Assembly (NCBI RefSeq): GCF_004010195.1 | Contig: NC_057751.1 | Coordinates: 18,259,325-18,323,324, forward strand | DNA from: Chiloscyllium plagiosum | Taxonomy: Eukaryota | DNA: 64,000 nt | Reading direction: 5' to 3' | Shown: positions 1 to 12,909 of the stretch, piece by piece | Layout of the letters: each line of letters starts with the position of its first letter | Numbering within the stretch: position 1 is the stretch's first letter | Program-made: the position numbers and the translations under genes | Notes under the pieces: generated by a model | The model's database searches: none | Told to the model about the DNA's origin: nothing | The model's input: only the letters and a program-made list of their open reading frames with translations

Positions 1-1446
1 CTGGGATTCACTTTGTTTTCAAGGTTTGGATGAATCAGAATGTGTAAGGGGTATCCAGGAGGGCTTTTCAGTGCAATACGTAAAGAATCCAACTCAGGAA
101 GCCGCCATTTTGGACCTGGTGTTGGTAAGTGTGCTCGGCCAGGTGGTTGAAGTTTCAGTAGTAGATTACTTTGGGAATAGTGAGCACAATTCCATAGGTC
201 TTAAAATACTAATAGACAAAGACAAAAGTGGTCTGAATGGAAGAGTGCTAATTTGATGGTGGGCCAACTGTACCGACATTAGGTGGGAGCTGGGGAACGC
301 AGATTTGGAGCAGCTGTTTGTAGGTAAATGCACATTCGACATATGGGAAGCTTTTAAACAGAGGTTGATTAGTGTTCAGGAGAGATATGAAATGTGTAAA
401 TGAGGGATGGAAATGGCCAGATTAAGGAACCATGGATGAGAGGTGAAAGAGTGAGATTAGCCAAAATGAAGAATGATGTTTACATAAAGCCGAGCCAATC
501 GAAGACAGACGAAGTTTTGGAAAAAAAGGGAATGTTTTATCAATCTGAAACGAGGAATTAAGAGGGCTAAAAGGGGTCATGTGATATTCTTAGAAAACAT
601 GATTAATGAAAGTCCCAAAGACTTCTATTCATATATAAGAAGCAAGATGGTAACTAGAGAAAGGGTTGGCCCACTCAAGGACAAAGGAGGAAAGCTATGC
701 CTGGAGTCAGAGGATATGGGTGAGATTCTTAATGAGTACTTCGCATCTGTATTCACCAAGAAGAGGAACATGGCGGATGTTAAAGTGAGAGATAGACCAT
801 TGATTACTCTGGGTCAAATCGACATAAGGAGGGAGGAAGTCTTAGGTATTCTAAAGGCATTAAGTTATCAAGTCCCCAGGTCCGGATGGGAAATATCCCA
901 GGTTACAGAGGGAAGCGAGAGAGGAAGTAGCTGGGGTTTTAACGGATATCTATGCAGCATCCTTGAACACAGGACTGGAGGACTGGAGAGTTGCTAATGT
1001 TGTCTCCTTGGTTAAGAAAATTGGCAGGGATAATCCAGATAATTGCAGCCCTGTGAGCCTGGTAGGGAAGCTGCTGCAGAAGGTAGTGAGCGATAGGATA
1101 TGTTCCCAATTTGGAAGGAAATGGACTTATCAGTGATCAGCAACATGGTATTGTGCAGGGAAGGGCAAGTCTTACAAACATAATAGAATTATTTAAGGAG
1201 TTGATAAAATTGATTGATGGAGATAGGGATGCAGATGTCACATACATAGACTTTCATAAGGCTTTTTACGAGATGCCCCATGGTTGGCTAATGGGAAAGG
1301 TAAAATCAACTGGGCTCCATGGTGTTTAGCTCAAAGGATAGAGAACTGGCTGGGCAACAGGTGACAGAGAGTAGTAGTGGAAGTGAGTTTCTCAAAGTGG
1401 AGTCCTGTGACAAGTGGTGTTCCACAAGGATCCATGCAGGGACCAC
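1..1446 (+). mobile_element. CR1 LINE ORF2 fragment (endonuclease C-term to N-terminal RT), frameshifted
   Basis: Peptides AILDLVL, SEHNSI, EILNEYFASVFT, QHGIVQGRASLTNIIELF, YIDFHKAFYEMPH, SGVPQGS spread over several frames. Confidence 0.9.
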
Positions 1447-2494
1447 GTAAATGTGAGGACAATGCGTGACAGACGCATTCAGAAACGAATTATACTGTTT
1501 TGAAAATTATTTAACGAAAAATAAGCAATTTGTTTTAACCCCATCAGTCGTGAATATTTGGATTTAACCTTCTTAAGATATGGTGATTCCGGATTCCTTA
1601 ATTATTTTCAAGGTAAACGTGGATAAATTCTAGTCAAGCACATAGATTTGGGAACTTGGATTGGAGTTGCAATCAGATCAGCTACGTCTTGAATGAATTC
1701 CAAAGGAGTTTTTAAGATGTGAATGTGATACTCTGATCCTAATTCACGTATCTATAAATTCCAAGATTTACTTTGAAACATACATCTTGGGATCAAAGTA
1801 AAATTTAGCAGAATATTATATGTTCAAATTTAATTGCCTTTTTAATCTCTCCATGTGAAAAATGATTGACAACACAGAGAGTTTGTTTCATTTTCTCTCT
1901 GTTATGAGCATAACTTCAATTTGTATGCGTCTGTCAAATTTGATAACGTGTCTCTGCTTTTCAATTAGATACACTTTATGGAAATTGCAAAGGACAATGG
2001 GCTCATCGTAATTACTTGCAGAATAGAATTTCCTATCTTCCGTCAAGCTTTTTGGGTTCTTGAAAACCCACTTCACTGTGTTTTGTTTTCGTGTTAACTA
2101 TCAATCCATTTGTAATTTATTCCCTCTCTTGCAATGCTTTTTGCAACTTATGAGATTTACGAAAATCATACTAAACTCCATTGCTTGTATCTACCAATTT
2201 TGATGATCAATTAAATGATTTAATGTGAACTGCCCCTTCTGCAAGCTCTGAAAATAACACCAAAATTGTCTCTGGCCATGAGTGACTCAGCTTTTACCGT
2301 CTGTGATTTGTAAATTATAAAATCATCATTTGAAATTATTTTTCTTTATTTTGTTCATCCTGCTGGTACCCTTCTACACCGGAGATTTTTAAGTATGTAA
2401 GTTCTGATTAACGAACGACAAGTGATAGCGCTGCATTGTTGTCACAGTGAATGTTTTATCAGTTATTGCTCTCGTTAATCTCTCCCCTTTGCAG

Positions 2495-3380
2495 TTAATT
2501 TAGTGACGATATTGTTCCTTTCTCATGGAAAATGTGGTATTTCCTCTTCGATCACTCACTACCTTCTGGCTATGGCAATGGCAGATCTGCTCTACATTAT
2601 TACAGCGGTCATACTGTGCTGGATCGCGTTTTATTATTTCTCAACATCATTCTTTCTCATTGCACTTGTGTGTAGTGTTATCAATGCTTGGTTTCGGGCG
2701 ACCACAGAATTTACAGTCGGCTTCACGCTTGCTTACACCTTTTATCGATTTTCTCGATTTGTTATCAAAATCTAAGGGCAAAATATTGCTTTGAGGGAAC
2801 CGCAGGTGTAGTTCTAGCAACAGCCAGTGTTCTCATCTGTTTAAAAAACATATCTCACTACATTATATAGGAACTGAGATATGTAATTGACAATGTGCCA
2901 TGATTCTGTTATGCTCTCTTATACTAATATTGGATGGGTTGTATTTATTAGTTTGCTATGGTTACAGCCCCGTTTGTCCCATTTGTTTTAATTTTATTGT
3001 TGAATGCTCTGACGATTAGACGCATTTTAGTAAGTAGTGACATCTGTAACAGACTCAGAATTCAGAACATAAGAGATACTTTTAATGACACAGAAAAGGA
3101 GAGTAGGAGACGGTCTGTGATTTTATATCAGAACATCCGGCAGCTTCATTCTTCTGTGGTTGGTGCATGTCATAGATTTCTTATAGCATTACAGGAGAAA
3201 ATGCAAGGGACTACAACAATTCGGAAGTAACATTACTAAGATTTAGATTCATGCTGCACAATCTGAGTTGTTGCACAGTCACATTGATTTATAGACCGAT
3301 TCAGTCCATGTTTAGAGGGCAACTCAAGAGTCCAGTCAAGCCAATGCTTTGTCTGGTTAAGAAACAGAACAACTTAGAGC
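2495..3380 (+). pseudogene. GPR139/142-like class A GPCR exon 2 pseudogene
   Basis: Acceptor tctcccctttgcag|TTAAT; peptides NLVTILFLSHGKCGISSSITHYLLAMAMADLL, PFVPFVLILLLNALTIRRILV, ESRRRSV, LSCCT..FRGQLK are colinear with the intact copy but broken by frameshifts and stops; 3' end approximate. Confidence 0.9.
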
Positions 3381-5116
3381 AGCCTAGAGGCTTCTCGTCC
3401 ATTACTGCCAAATAATTCACATTCAAAATTAAATGCATTACAAAAAGCTATGGAAATGCACCGAAACATGATTGTCTACTCGTCAACACTCATCCAACTA
3501 TTGTGTTATCTCTTCTAAAAACTCCATTAACTTTGAAGACACCAATTTCATTTTGAAAATTGATGCTCTGTCTTTCTGATGGGACTGGCACTTTCCATGT
3601 GAATAACAATTCTGTCCTTAACCGTCTTTTCCGGAAATTTTTACAGTTTGTAACCTACCCGGCGTTTAATTTCTGGTCTTGCACTTGCAACCTTGCTTGG
3701 AAAAACAGTTGCGATATTTCAGTCTTCTGGCACCTAGCCCCACATCTGGAGAATATCAGAGGATTGCCTGCAGGACTCCCTTCACGCTACTTCTTTTTTT
3801 CAAAGTTATTGAATGAATCTTATCTGGAACAATTTTTTGTCAACTTTGATCTCTTTCTATTCAACACTTCTTTATCATCAGATTTTAGCCCCTCATGATT
3901 CAGTCACAATGGCTTCGCTGGCACCTCCATCTTTCGTTATTCATCACCTTACACCTCAGGCGAAATGAAAAAATGATGTCCTTCCTTACAATTAAACACA
4001 ACAACTCAAAAAAGACAAACACTGAATAACACACAAAAGTGTAAATCTGTTCTTAACCGAAATCCAGCAGTAAATTGAACCAACGCTCTTATTGTAATTG
4101 GAAATCCAAGTTGATCTTCATATCAGCCTTAATACGAATTGATATCCTGTCCATTAATCCAATGCTGAATCTGATGATGAAACAAAGTGAAAGACAAATC
4201 CATTTTTGATATTATCCAAATTCCAAAATATAGAAGCTCATCAAACTCGTTTTGACACTCAAATTAATGGTTATGCTTATATAACTGGCAATTTCAAATC
4301 CATATCAAATGAGTGATCAAATTTGGACAGAACTCAATCCTTAACTATTCCCGTCAACCTAGGTATTTCTTTGTGAATGCTCACTGGAACGTATCATGGA
4401 GTGCTAAACGTAAACATTAGACTACTTTCATCAAATGTGCGCTCATCCCTTCAGCCAGCGACCTTTTAAGGCTTGATGCTGAACAGCAAAACTAGATTTT
4501 AGCACAACATACACTCTGACAAGGTGTTGAGTCACTGCCATTCAGGTTAAAACTGAGAATCTTTCTCATTGGGCTGCCCTTTGTTTTCTAATTTGGAGTG
4601 GAAAAGGGTGACGGCTGGTAGGGCTGCGGTGATTCAGCTGGAAAACGTACACGCTGTTTGTGTTTCACGTCTGAAAGTGAAAGTGTACATCCTGCTCCCC
4701 TTACTGCCACCACAGAAACCTGATTGCTACGCTCTCTCAAAGAATGAGAGCAGTTTGCATGTTTTGCTACGTGGATCCTTTGACAGCTGAAGCAACTGTC
4801 CCTAACTTCTGGAGCGCCGCTCCTTCATTCACAACCACCTGATAAAGGACCAACGCCCCGAAAGTTCGTCCTCCCAAATCGGTCTGTTGATCTAAAACTT
4901 GGTGTTGCATAATTGTTTTTAACTTTCTGTAGAACAGTCTAACACCATCACCTCGAAAGAAAGAGATTAAGTCCATGTGTGTGGAGCAACGATAAGGGCT
5001 TAATGGAGTGACAAATCTAATGTAAAATAGAATAGCTGTGGGAATTTAGAGAATGGAACAGCCAGAGAGATTGAAGATGATTGAAAGATGTTTAGATTAG
5101 CCGCCGAATTAGTTCT

Positions 5117-5475
5117 AGTTTAAGATTATGAAAGGATTGGACACTCTGGCAGTAGGAAACATATTTCCACTGATGGGTGAGTGCTGAACCAGAGGACACA
5201 GCTTAAAAATACGGGGTAGACCATTTAGGAAAGAGCTCAGGAGAAACTTCTTCACCCAGAGACTGGTGGCTGTGTGGAATGCTCTGCCACAGGGGGATTC
5301 ATTTAAGAAGGAGTTGGATAGAGCTCTCAAAGATAGTGGAATAAAGGGTTATGGAGATAAGGCAGGAACAGGATACTGATTAGGAATGATCAGCCATGAT
5401 TATATGGAATGGCGGTGCAGGCTCGAAGGGTTGAATGGCCTATTCCTGCACCTATTGTCTTTTGTCTATTGTCTA
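5117..5475 (+). mobile_element. CR1 LINE 3' end, 5'-truncated
   Basis: RGHSLK / RNFFTQRLVAVWNALP-type 3' region, then gggttgaatggcctattcctgc and a (CTATTGT)-like tail. Confidence 0.85.
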
Positions 5476-5725
5476 GCTTTAACTTGAATGCCCGACAGTC
5501 TGCTGTTCAAGCAATATGTTTACTTCTCTGGCAAGTGTATTTGCAATGGGAGAGAGATGAGTGAAACTCTAACGGTTCCCTGTTTTTGCTCTGGCCATGT
5601 GATCATACCGGATGGACTTGCCTGATTACCTTGCCTGAGGATGTCAGACAGTCAATTCCGTGAAATAAGTATCTCACAAGACGTAAGCCACAGTTTGGTG
5701 TAACAAGGGTGATCTATGTCTCTAA

Positions 5726-6087
5726 GGCACGATTGCTCAGTGGTGAGCGGCACGGTGGCTCTGTGGGCAGCATTGTTGCCTCACAGCGTCAGGGACCCGG
5801 ATGCGATTCCAGCCTCGTGTGACTGTCTACATGGAGTTTACTCATTCTCATCGCGTCTGCGTGGGTTTTCTCTGAGTGTGCCGGTTTCCTCCCACAGTCC
5901 AGAATATGCAGTTAAAATGAATCTACAATGTTAATTTCCCCATAGAGTTCAGGGATGTGTAAGTTATGTGCATTAGTCAAGGTAGAGGAATGGGTCAGGG
6001 TGGGATATTCTTCGGATGGTCGGTACAGACTTGCTGGATTGAAGGGCCTCTTTCCAGACTGAAGTGATTCCATTCTCTTCTATGATT
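5726..6087 (+). mobile_element. HE1-type tRNA-derived SINE
   Basis: Head ggcacggtggct..gcattgttgcctcacagcgtcagggacccggatgcgattcc, core gtctgcgtgggttttctc, CR1-like tail gaagggcctctttcc. Confidence 0.8.
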
Positions 6088-7479
6088 CAGTGAAACACAG
6101 CGCTCAGAAGTTTCACAAGTCCCTTTGCAAAGTGAGTCTAGCTTTCATGCCATACATTTTATCTCTCAAATCCATCGACTGTTCCCAGTTTTTGTTTTGC
6201 TGAGGAAAGAATGGGGCTTGAAAATTCGGAGTTTCAGACTCACCTGAAGTCTAGATTGGCTCCCACGTTTTCTGCGTAGGGTGGATGCTTTTGTTCAATC
6301 CCGGATATCAGTGAGTGAGGTCCACTGGTCTGGGAGATGTGTGAGTGCTTTTGATGTGGTCCTGGGCACAGGCCTTGAAAACACTGAAAACTCTTGGCTC
6401 GGAGAGGTCGGTTGCTACTACAGAACGAAAGTGAATACATCTGACGGGTTCCTGGGCATAAATCGTCAGCTTTACCGTTCTGCGTGGTGATATTGACGAC
6501 CTAGTCGTACCTCCTCGATGGCTTGTCACAGCGGTGTCACTTCTAGTTCCTCTGCTAGTTGGGCCTTGATTCCAGGATTGCAAGAGGAGGTCACACATTC
6601 GGTTCTAGTGTCACTAATTACCATTGTCGATCAGAGCATCTTCAGAGCAGTCAATTGATTCAAGATATGGCAAAATAAATTCCACAGTAGGCAGCTCTCA
6701 AAGAGTCAAGATGTCCTGGCGCTATCTTGGATAACTGAGGATTACTTCTCCAAAGTATCAAATTGTTTAAAACTTGTTAAACTCCAGACTTGACACCCTC
6801 AACATATTTCAAGAAGAAAGTCTAGGCACTAACATTTTTCTTATTTGAAAGAATATTACGAAATGGATATTCGAGGTGAAATGAAACTGATCAAACCACT
6901 CAGCTTTATGCAAAACAGAATTAATTTACATACTGCAGCTTTGAGACGAACAGAAGAAAATGGAATGAATAATATTTTGGAAAACTTAACCAATCCGACA
7001 CATCACCTTTTATGAGGGGTCGTCCCAATCCAGTGGCATCATATATGTACACCTCTTGGCAAAAACGTAAATTGAAAGATTCTTACAGGCATGAGGGAAG
7101 AACTTCTAAAGAGATTTCAGAGAGGAAAGTCCATCAGGAATCATGTGCTGATGCTTCGAATCTTGCCTGGCCTCCCGAATCTTGTGACTGACACAGCTGA
7201 GCCAAACTACAAAAAAAACCTTAATTGGGCGAAATGGCCACTCGCTTTGCATTGATAACTGCTAAAATTCCTAGAATGCTCAATGCCTCTGCCTCGCTCG
7301 CAAGAAAATAAGGATAAAATAACTGTTTTAATGTGACAAAATCTTCACAACAGATTTCAATATGATGGAAGCAATTCCGAAACGTTCACTAAACAAATAC
7401 CTGAAACGAATGGACCAACTGGTCAAGAAAGACTAAAGATTCGAATGTCTAGTCTACCCTTAATGGGTGGAAGAGTCAG

Positions 7480-9780
7480 AGTTAACATATTTAAAGTTTT
7501 CTAAGGTGAATATGGAACAGATCTTACCGCTCGTGAGAAATTCCAAAACTAGTAACAATAGTTTAAAAATAAATCAGCGCCAATGGAACATAATTAGGAA
7601 GTGTGTCCTTCTCTCAGAGGGTAGTGAGTCTTTGGAATTTCCTTCTTCAAACGCAGTAGGTAAGGACTGCTTAAATGTATTTAAGGGGAAGGTAAATAGA
7701 TTCTTGATTCTCAAGAGGAATATAGAGTTGACCTGAAAATCAGATCAAAAGTGATATTGTTGAGTGGCAGAGCAGGCTTGTTGCGCGGAATCGCCTGTTC
7801 TTGAACATTACTTGTAGATAGATGGTCATCTGCAATCTTCCTGATCGAAAGGACCACGAAAGGAATCAGTCTCTCCATTGTCTTTGTTTTCCATTACGTA
7901 GAACAATCTACTGAGTGAAAGTAGCAAAAATGGGCAATTATCATTGCGGACAAATTGCATTGTAAGGGGAATCCTCACTTCTGTCCATTGTGTCGGACTG
8001 AGCAACCATGCAATCTGCTGCCAACGCCCTATTTCTTGGTCTAAATCGACGGGGCAAATTTAAAATGTGAAAAAAAAAATCTGCTCCACAAGTTACGTGA
8101 TTGCAACTGATGGGTTTCTGGGCACTAGTCGTGACCTTGAACGTTCTAAGTCTTTTAGTTGGGCCTCTTCGAAGTTTCGTCATCACAGTATCAGTTCTTG
8201 TTCCCGTGCTGGTTGGTGGGAAAGTATAAAGCTGTTCAGTTTGGAAGGGAGAACAACAGAACATTATTTTATAAATGGAAAAAAGGTGCAGAAAGTAGCC
8301 ACATCGGTTGAGGTAGTAAACTTGAGCACAAACACAGAAAGATGGCAGGAAATAATAAAACAAAAAGAATGTTGGGCCTTAAGTCAAGGTCGATGGCGCA
8401 TAAGAGGGGGGAAATTATTTTTCCATAAATGTCAAAGGATCTGCTGAGCCAACATCTTACTTTTGGACAGATCTCAGAGCCTTTTCAGAAAAAATTCATT
8501 CGGATGATACCTGATATGGAGAAATTGGCTTATTGACAATAGCTAAAGAGTTTGGCACTCACCTCGCTGGAGTTCGATGAGAGTCGATCTCATTGAAACA
8601 TTTTAAGGGGCTTGACCGGTTGAATGGCGAGAGGATGCTTCCCCTCATGGGAAAATCTAGGACAAGAGGACACACTCTCGGGACAAAGGAGTGCGAATTG
8701 AAAACTGAGATGAAGAGGAATTTCTTCTCATAGAGAACTGTGTGTCAATCGAACGTCTTGCTAAAGACAGCTGAACTGGTGTGTCCTTGCTTATCTTTGA
8801 CACTGAATTAGATATTAATAAATATTAAAATCAAGGCATCAGCGTAAAATCAGAGAAGTTTATGTGAGCAATGTTGGATCAGCAACTGTCGTATTAAAGG
8901 CAGATCGAGCTCAGGTGGAAAATTGTTTATTCCCATTATAGTCTTGTGTTTCATCGATATTGAGGTAAGCTTTCTTTTCCTATTTTAATATTTTATGTCA
9001 TAAGCTTTTGTATTGCATTTCAGTAAAATCTGCATCTCATATGTTTTTTTTTGTGAATAACCATTGTGTTATGCAATCAAGCACAAACAAAAGAGACATC
9101 AATGTCTGTGGAGAGAAATCAGAAGTAACTTTTTCGGGTCGAGTGGCACTTCCTCGGAATTGTTCTGCAGCAATTGTTATATTTCTTTCTGGTTTACAGC
9201 CTCTACGGTTTTTTTGGTTTTGTATATGATCCATGATGCCAGCTCTCATTTCGGGATCTGACAGAACAAGTCATTACAGAAACAGGAATCAAACAAAAGT
9301 AGTGTTAATTTCCAAAGATACCCGGCCTTCCTTGTTCGTAAGTCAGCGAAAGTTGATGTACAGGCAAAGCAAGGAGTTCAGAAGGTAGACGTCATTTTAG
9401 ACTCTAATACAATGGGATTGGAGTACAGGCGGAACGATTTCTTTTTTCAAGCAAATAGAGTGTTATGTTCTGTTCTCCTTGCCGAATGATGAGAGAAACT
9501 GGACTCTCTCGAATCATTACTTGATAGGATCCAAGAAAATTCCGAATTTATAAAAACTGATTGATAGTATTTGCAAGAAGAATGGTTCACAGAACGACAG
9601 AGCACTTTCTCAGAATAAAGGAAAAACATTTCGTGAGATGAGGTGGAACCTCTTCACTCAGAGGTTGATGAATCATTGAAATTCTCGCTCCGGAGATCTG
9701 TGCAAGTTCTATTATCAAGACACAGATTGATAGATCAGTAATTATTAATGGCATCAAGGTACGTGGAAACATAATGACAG
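7480..9780 (+). mobile_element. Cluster of old CR1 3' fragments (~7480-7810, ~8230-8950, ~9340-9780)
   Basis: Degenerate aggaatttcttctca..gagggt..tggaat motifs and CR1 3' tails; spans intervening non-CR1 DNA. Confidence 0.55.
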
Positions 9781-10365
9781 ACCTTGATTTATAACTGCGG
9801 TGATGGTTTGATAGAGCTATCAGCTAAACACACCATACATGACGTTGCGATCTGAACAACTGCTCACTACTTCTTTTGTTTCAGCAGCTCACCCATTTTG
9901 TCATGCCTAAGGTACCTGGCAAAATAAGCGTTGACTTTTAATTTATACACGGACCTGTGTTTACATGGCATATTCAGTCCCTTTCTTAAACACTTATCAA
10001 CATTTGTAACGCCCTGGTCAGACTTATTTTTTCCAGTCAGTACATTAACTGATCACATCATTCTTTTCTCAGCCGAAATCCAACGTCACCTGAGTAAATA
10101 CATCATTTTATTCTGGCACAGAGGGAGTTGGGCTGAACACTCCTGGATTAATTTGTTTGTTTACTAACTACCACTAATTTCAGCCTCCATGAATCCCAGT
10201 TGTGTCGCTGGGGGTGTATTGCATCTAGTAATAAGAGGGATCATTCGATTTGTTATCTCATCGTGTCAGTCTGTGCATAGTTCCCGATATTGACACAGAT
10301 CATGGCACCAGAGAGCGAGAGAGTGAGAAAGAGTGAAGGAGACATGTCAAGTTTGTAGCTGGCAC

Positions 10366-10616
10366 ATAATAGATTTAAATGATATGACAATATACAAGAA
10401 TTTGGCAACGATAGATTGGACTGGTAGAACATTAGATTCGAATCCAAGACCAATAGAATTAAAAGTACTACAACGTATTGGACTGTCAAAAAAATAGACT
10501 GGAATTGTACAAAAATAAATTGGAACGATATAACAGATCGGAATGGTGTGAGAACACTTCAAACTGTGAGAAGAATAATCTCGAATGGTACAACAATGGG
10601 AAGGGGTTTCTTTGAG
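10366..10616 (+). repeat. Degenerate 21-bp tandem repeat (~11-12 units, consensus ~ACA ATA GAT TGG AAT NNN ANA)
   Basis: Units include ACGATAGATTGGACTGGTAGA, ACATTAGATTCGAATCCAAGA, AAAATAGACTGGAATTGTACA, AAAATAAATTGGAACGATATA, AGAATAATCTCGAATGGTACA. Confidence 0.75.
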
Positions 10617-10734
10617 ATGATGAGTTTATTTTCTAATCATATTGATCGTATCTCACTGAAAAACCGCATCCTAGCCATCATTCGGATTACTCAATTCATT
10701 TACTATCCAATTCTCGCTTTTTTTGCAGTACCCG
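10596..10734 (+). CDS. Exon 1 of intact GPR139/142-like GPCR (N-terminus and first half of TM1)
   Basis: acaATGG start; MGRGFFEMM...IYYPILAFFAVP; phase-1 donor CCCG|GTAAGT at 10734/10735 joins in frame to exon 2. True start may lie further upstream. Confidence 0.85.
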
Positions 10735-11953
10735 GTAAGTCCTTTGTACTTCGATTAACTTTGCTATTTATGGTGCGCCCCTTATTGCCGTGGTTGTCTT
10801 TCTTGCCAGTTGCTCACTCTGCAAGTATTTCAAGAGTTTGGCAGCGCTTGAAATTTATTGTCTTACTTTTGCTGCTTGCAGTATCCCTCGATATTGGTCG
10901 GTTTCGCCAGTAACCCTCGCTATCTTGCAGTCTTAGTGAGTAGTCACTGATTAGGTACGATATGTGCACTATTTTCATATCCAAGTTGACCAATTTACTC
11001 TATAATCTTTGTTTTCATTGCAATCATCACTGTTTAACTATTGACCCAATCATGTACTTACATTAGGGTAAGATCTTTTACATTCTATCCATTTCTAAAA
11101 TGCTTTGGCTCAAAAATCTGGCTTGACATGCCTCATCGGTCAGCCATTGCCATATGCTCCTGCTGTCTCATTTCACTCTTGTCAATCGCAAGCACAAAGC
11201 ATTGCAGCACCCAATAGCTCTGATAACAGTTCCAGCAAAGAACAAATTCATATTTTCATTCACATATCACATTTTCATTCCGATGTGATCACTGCTCCAG
11301 ATCTTGACAATGCCTCTTCTGTTACGTGCATAAATTTTGACACACTGGCTTGAACACGGAAGTCAACACTTATACTAAAAGGTGATCGTAATATAAAGGA
11401 GGACAAGAATTAAGAGCCGGTGTGAGCCATTCATCCTTGGACACTTGCTGAATTGCAACTTGTAAATGGCTGACAGAGCGAATGTTTTATGTTTTATGTG
11501 TGTTTCATTTATGTGTATCAATTCATTCTGAATTTAGCCCATATTAATCCAGGAGTGTTTAGTAATTATCACGGAAAATTTATCCCTATCAACCCCACAC
11601 TGACCAGGAGATGAGTGCATGCCAAATCTCGGGCACAAAACTATACTAACCAACCTCTATGTGAGTTTCCAAAATATCAAGCTGAGCCACGGTGATTTAT
11701 ACGGTGGTGCAAACTTCATTGAAACAACAAGAAACATTTCAGTGAACAGCAATGTTTATCTCAATATAAATTTTTATTCCATGCTCGATTTACAGAATGG
11801 TAACAGTTGGAAACAGCCAATAAAATAGGCATTGATACAATCTCTTGCAACATTGATGAATGTGCAATGCCATTTCCAGGTTCAATCAATGCTCAGTAAA
11901 TCTGATTTTATTTTGCTCAGAAACTTTTACTTTATTGTTTCTTTTCCTCACAG

Positions 11954-12909
11954 CTAATGTAGTAACAATTCTGATATTGTCCCGGAAAAAGTGTGGTCTC
12001 GCCCAGTGTGTCAGTCACTACCTGATGGCCATGGCCATGGCAGATCTGCTGGTTATAATCATTGACCTCACATTGAGACACATTCCATTTGTGTATTATG
12101 AAGAACATCATTTCTTAGAAGGCATACCTGTATGTAATGTACACGCTGTCCTGATTTATGCAGCCACAGACTGTTCTGTCTGGTTCACTACCATTTTCAC
12201 CTTTAATCGATTTGTGGCCATTTGTTGCCCAATACTGAAAATTAAATATTGCAAAGTGAAAACAACGTCTGTGGTTCTGGGAACAGTTCTTGGATTGAGC
12301 TGTTTGAAAAATATTTTCTGGTATTTTATGTTTACAGGCAAGTATTACAGGAGGAACAGACCCTGGTTTTGTTGGCTGAGAGGAAATGTCAGGTTTTCTC
12401 CGGTTTGGGGAGCAATTGAGTTAGTTCATTATATACTAACCCCGGGACTTGCCTTCACTGTCGTTCTGTTTCTCAATGTTTTCACGGTCAGACACATAAT
12501 AGTGACTAGCAAAGCCCGAACAAGACTCCACTTTCAGGACAATAAAAAGAGCAGCAGAGATCCTTTGCTGAAGAATCGAAGGAATTCCATTGTTTTGTTG
12601 TTTCTTGTCTCAGGGAATTTTCTACTGCTGTGGTCTGTATCAACAGTGTATTCCATAAATTGGAGAATCAAAGCTTTGGGATATCGAACTCGAAATCTAC
12701 CTCAATACGTCATGGAACTGGGTTACATGCTCCAGATGCTCAGTTGCTGCACAAACACTGTGATCTATGCTGTCACGCAACCTAAGTTCAGAGGGCAGTT
12801 GAAGAATATAGTGGAATATCCCATCACACTATTTATTAAACTGAGGACCTGCACCATTGTCAATCAATGCTGCAGAAGTTTCTGTGCAATCCACAAACCC
12901 GGTGTCTAA
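11954..12909 (+). CDS. Exon 2 of intact GPR139/142-like class A GPCR (TM1 end to C-terminus); spliced product 364 aa
   Basis: Acceptor cttttcctcacag|CTAAT; uninterrupted ORF with ANVVT (N1.50), AMADL (D2.50), PVCN (C3.25), FNRFVAICCP, PWFCW (ECL2 Cys), LLLW, SCCTNTVIY, KFRGQL helix 8. Confidence 0.92.

Noticed and set aside
10366..10616. CRISPR-like or other prokaryotic array interpretation of the tandem repeats (also 18370-20280)
   Set aside because: No constant repeat with unique spacers, no cas genes, and a clearly vertebrate context
10735..10913. Hydrophobic continuation of the 121-aa ORF
   Set aside because: Lies downstream of a consensus GTAAGT donor; intronic
11860..11953. ORF-track N-terminus MCNAISRF..LLFLFLT of the 349-aa ORF
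   Set aside because: It is read-through of the intron's polypyrimidine tract; the CAG acceptor at 11951-11953 splices in frame to exon 1
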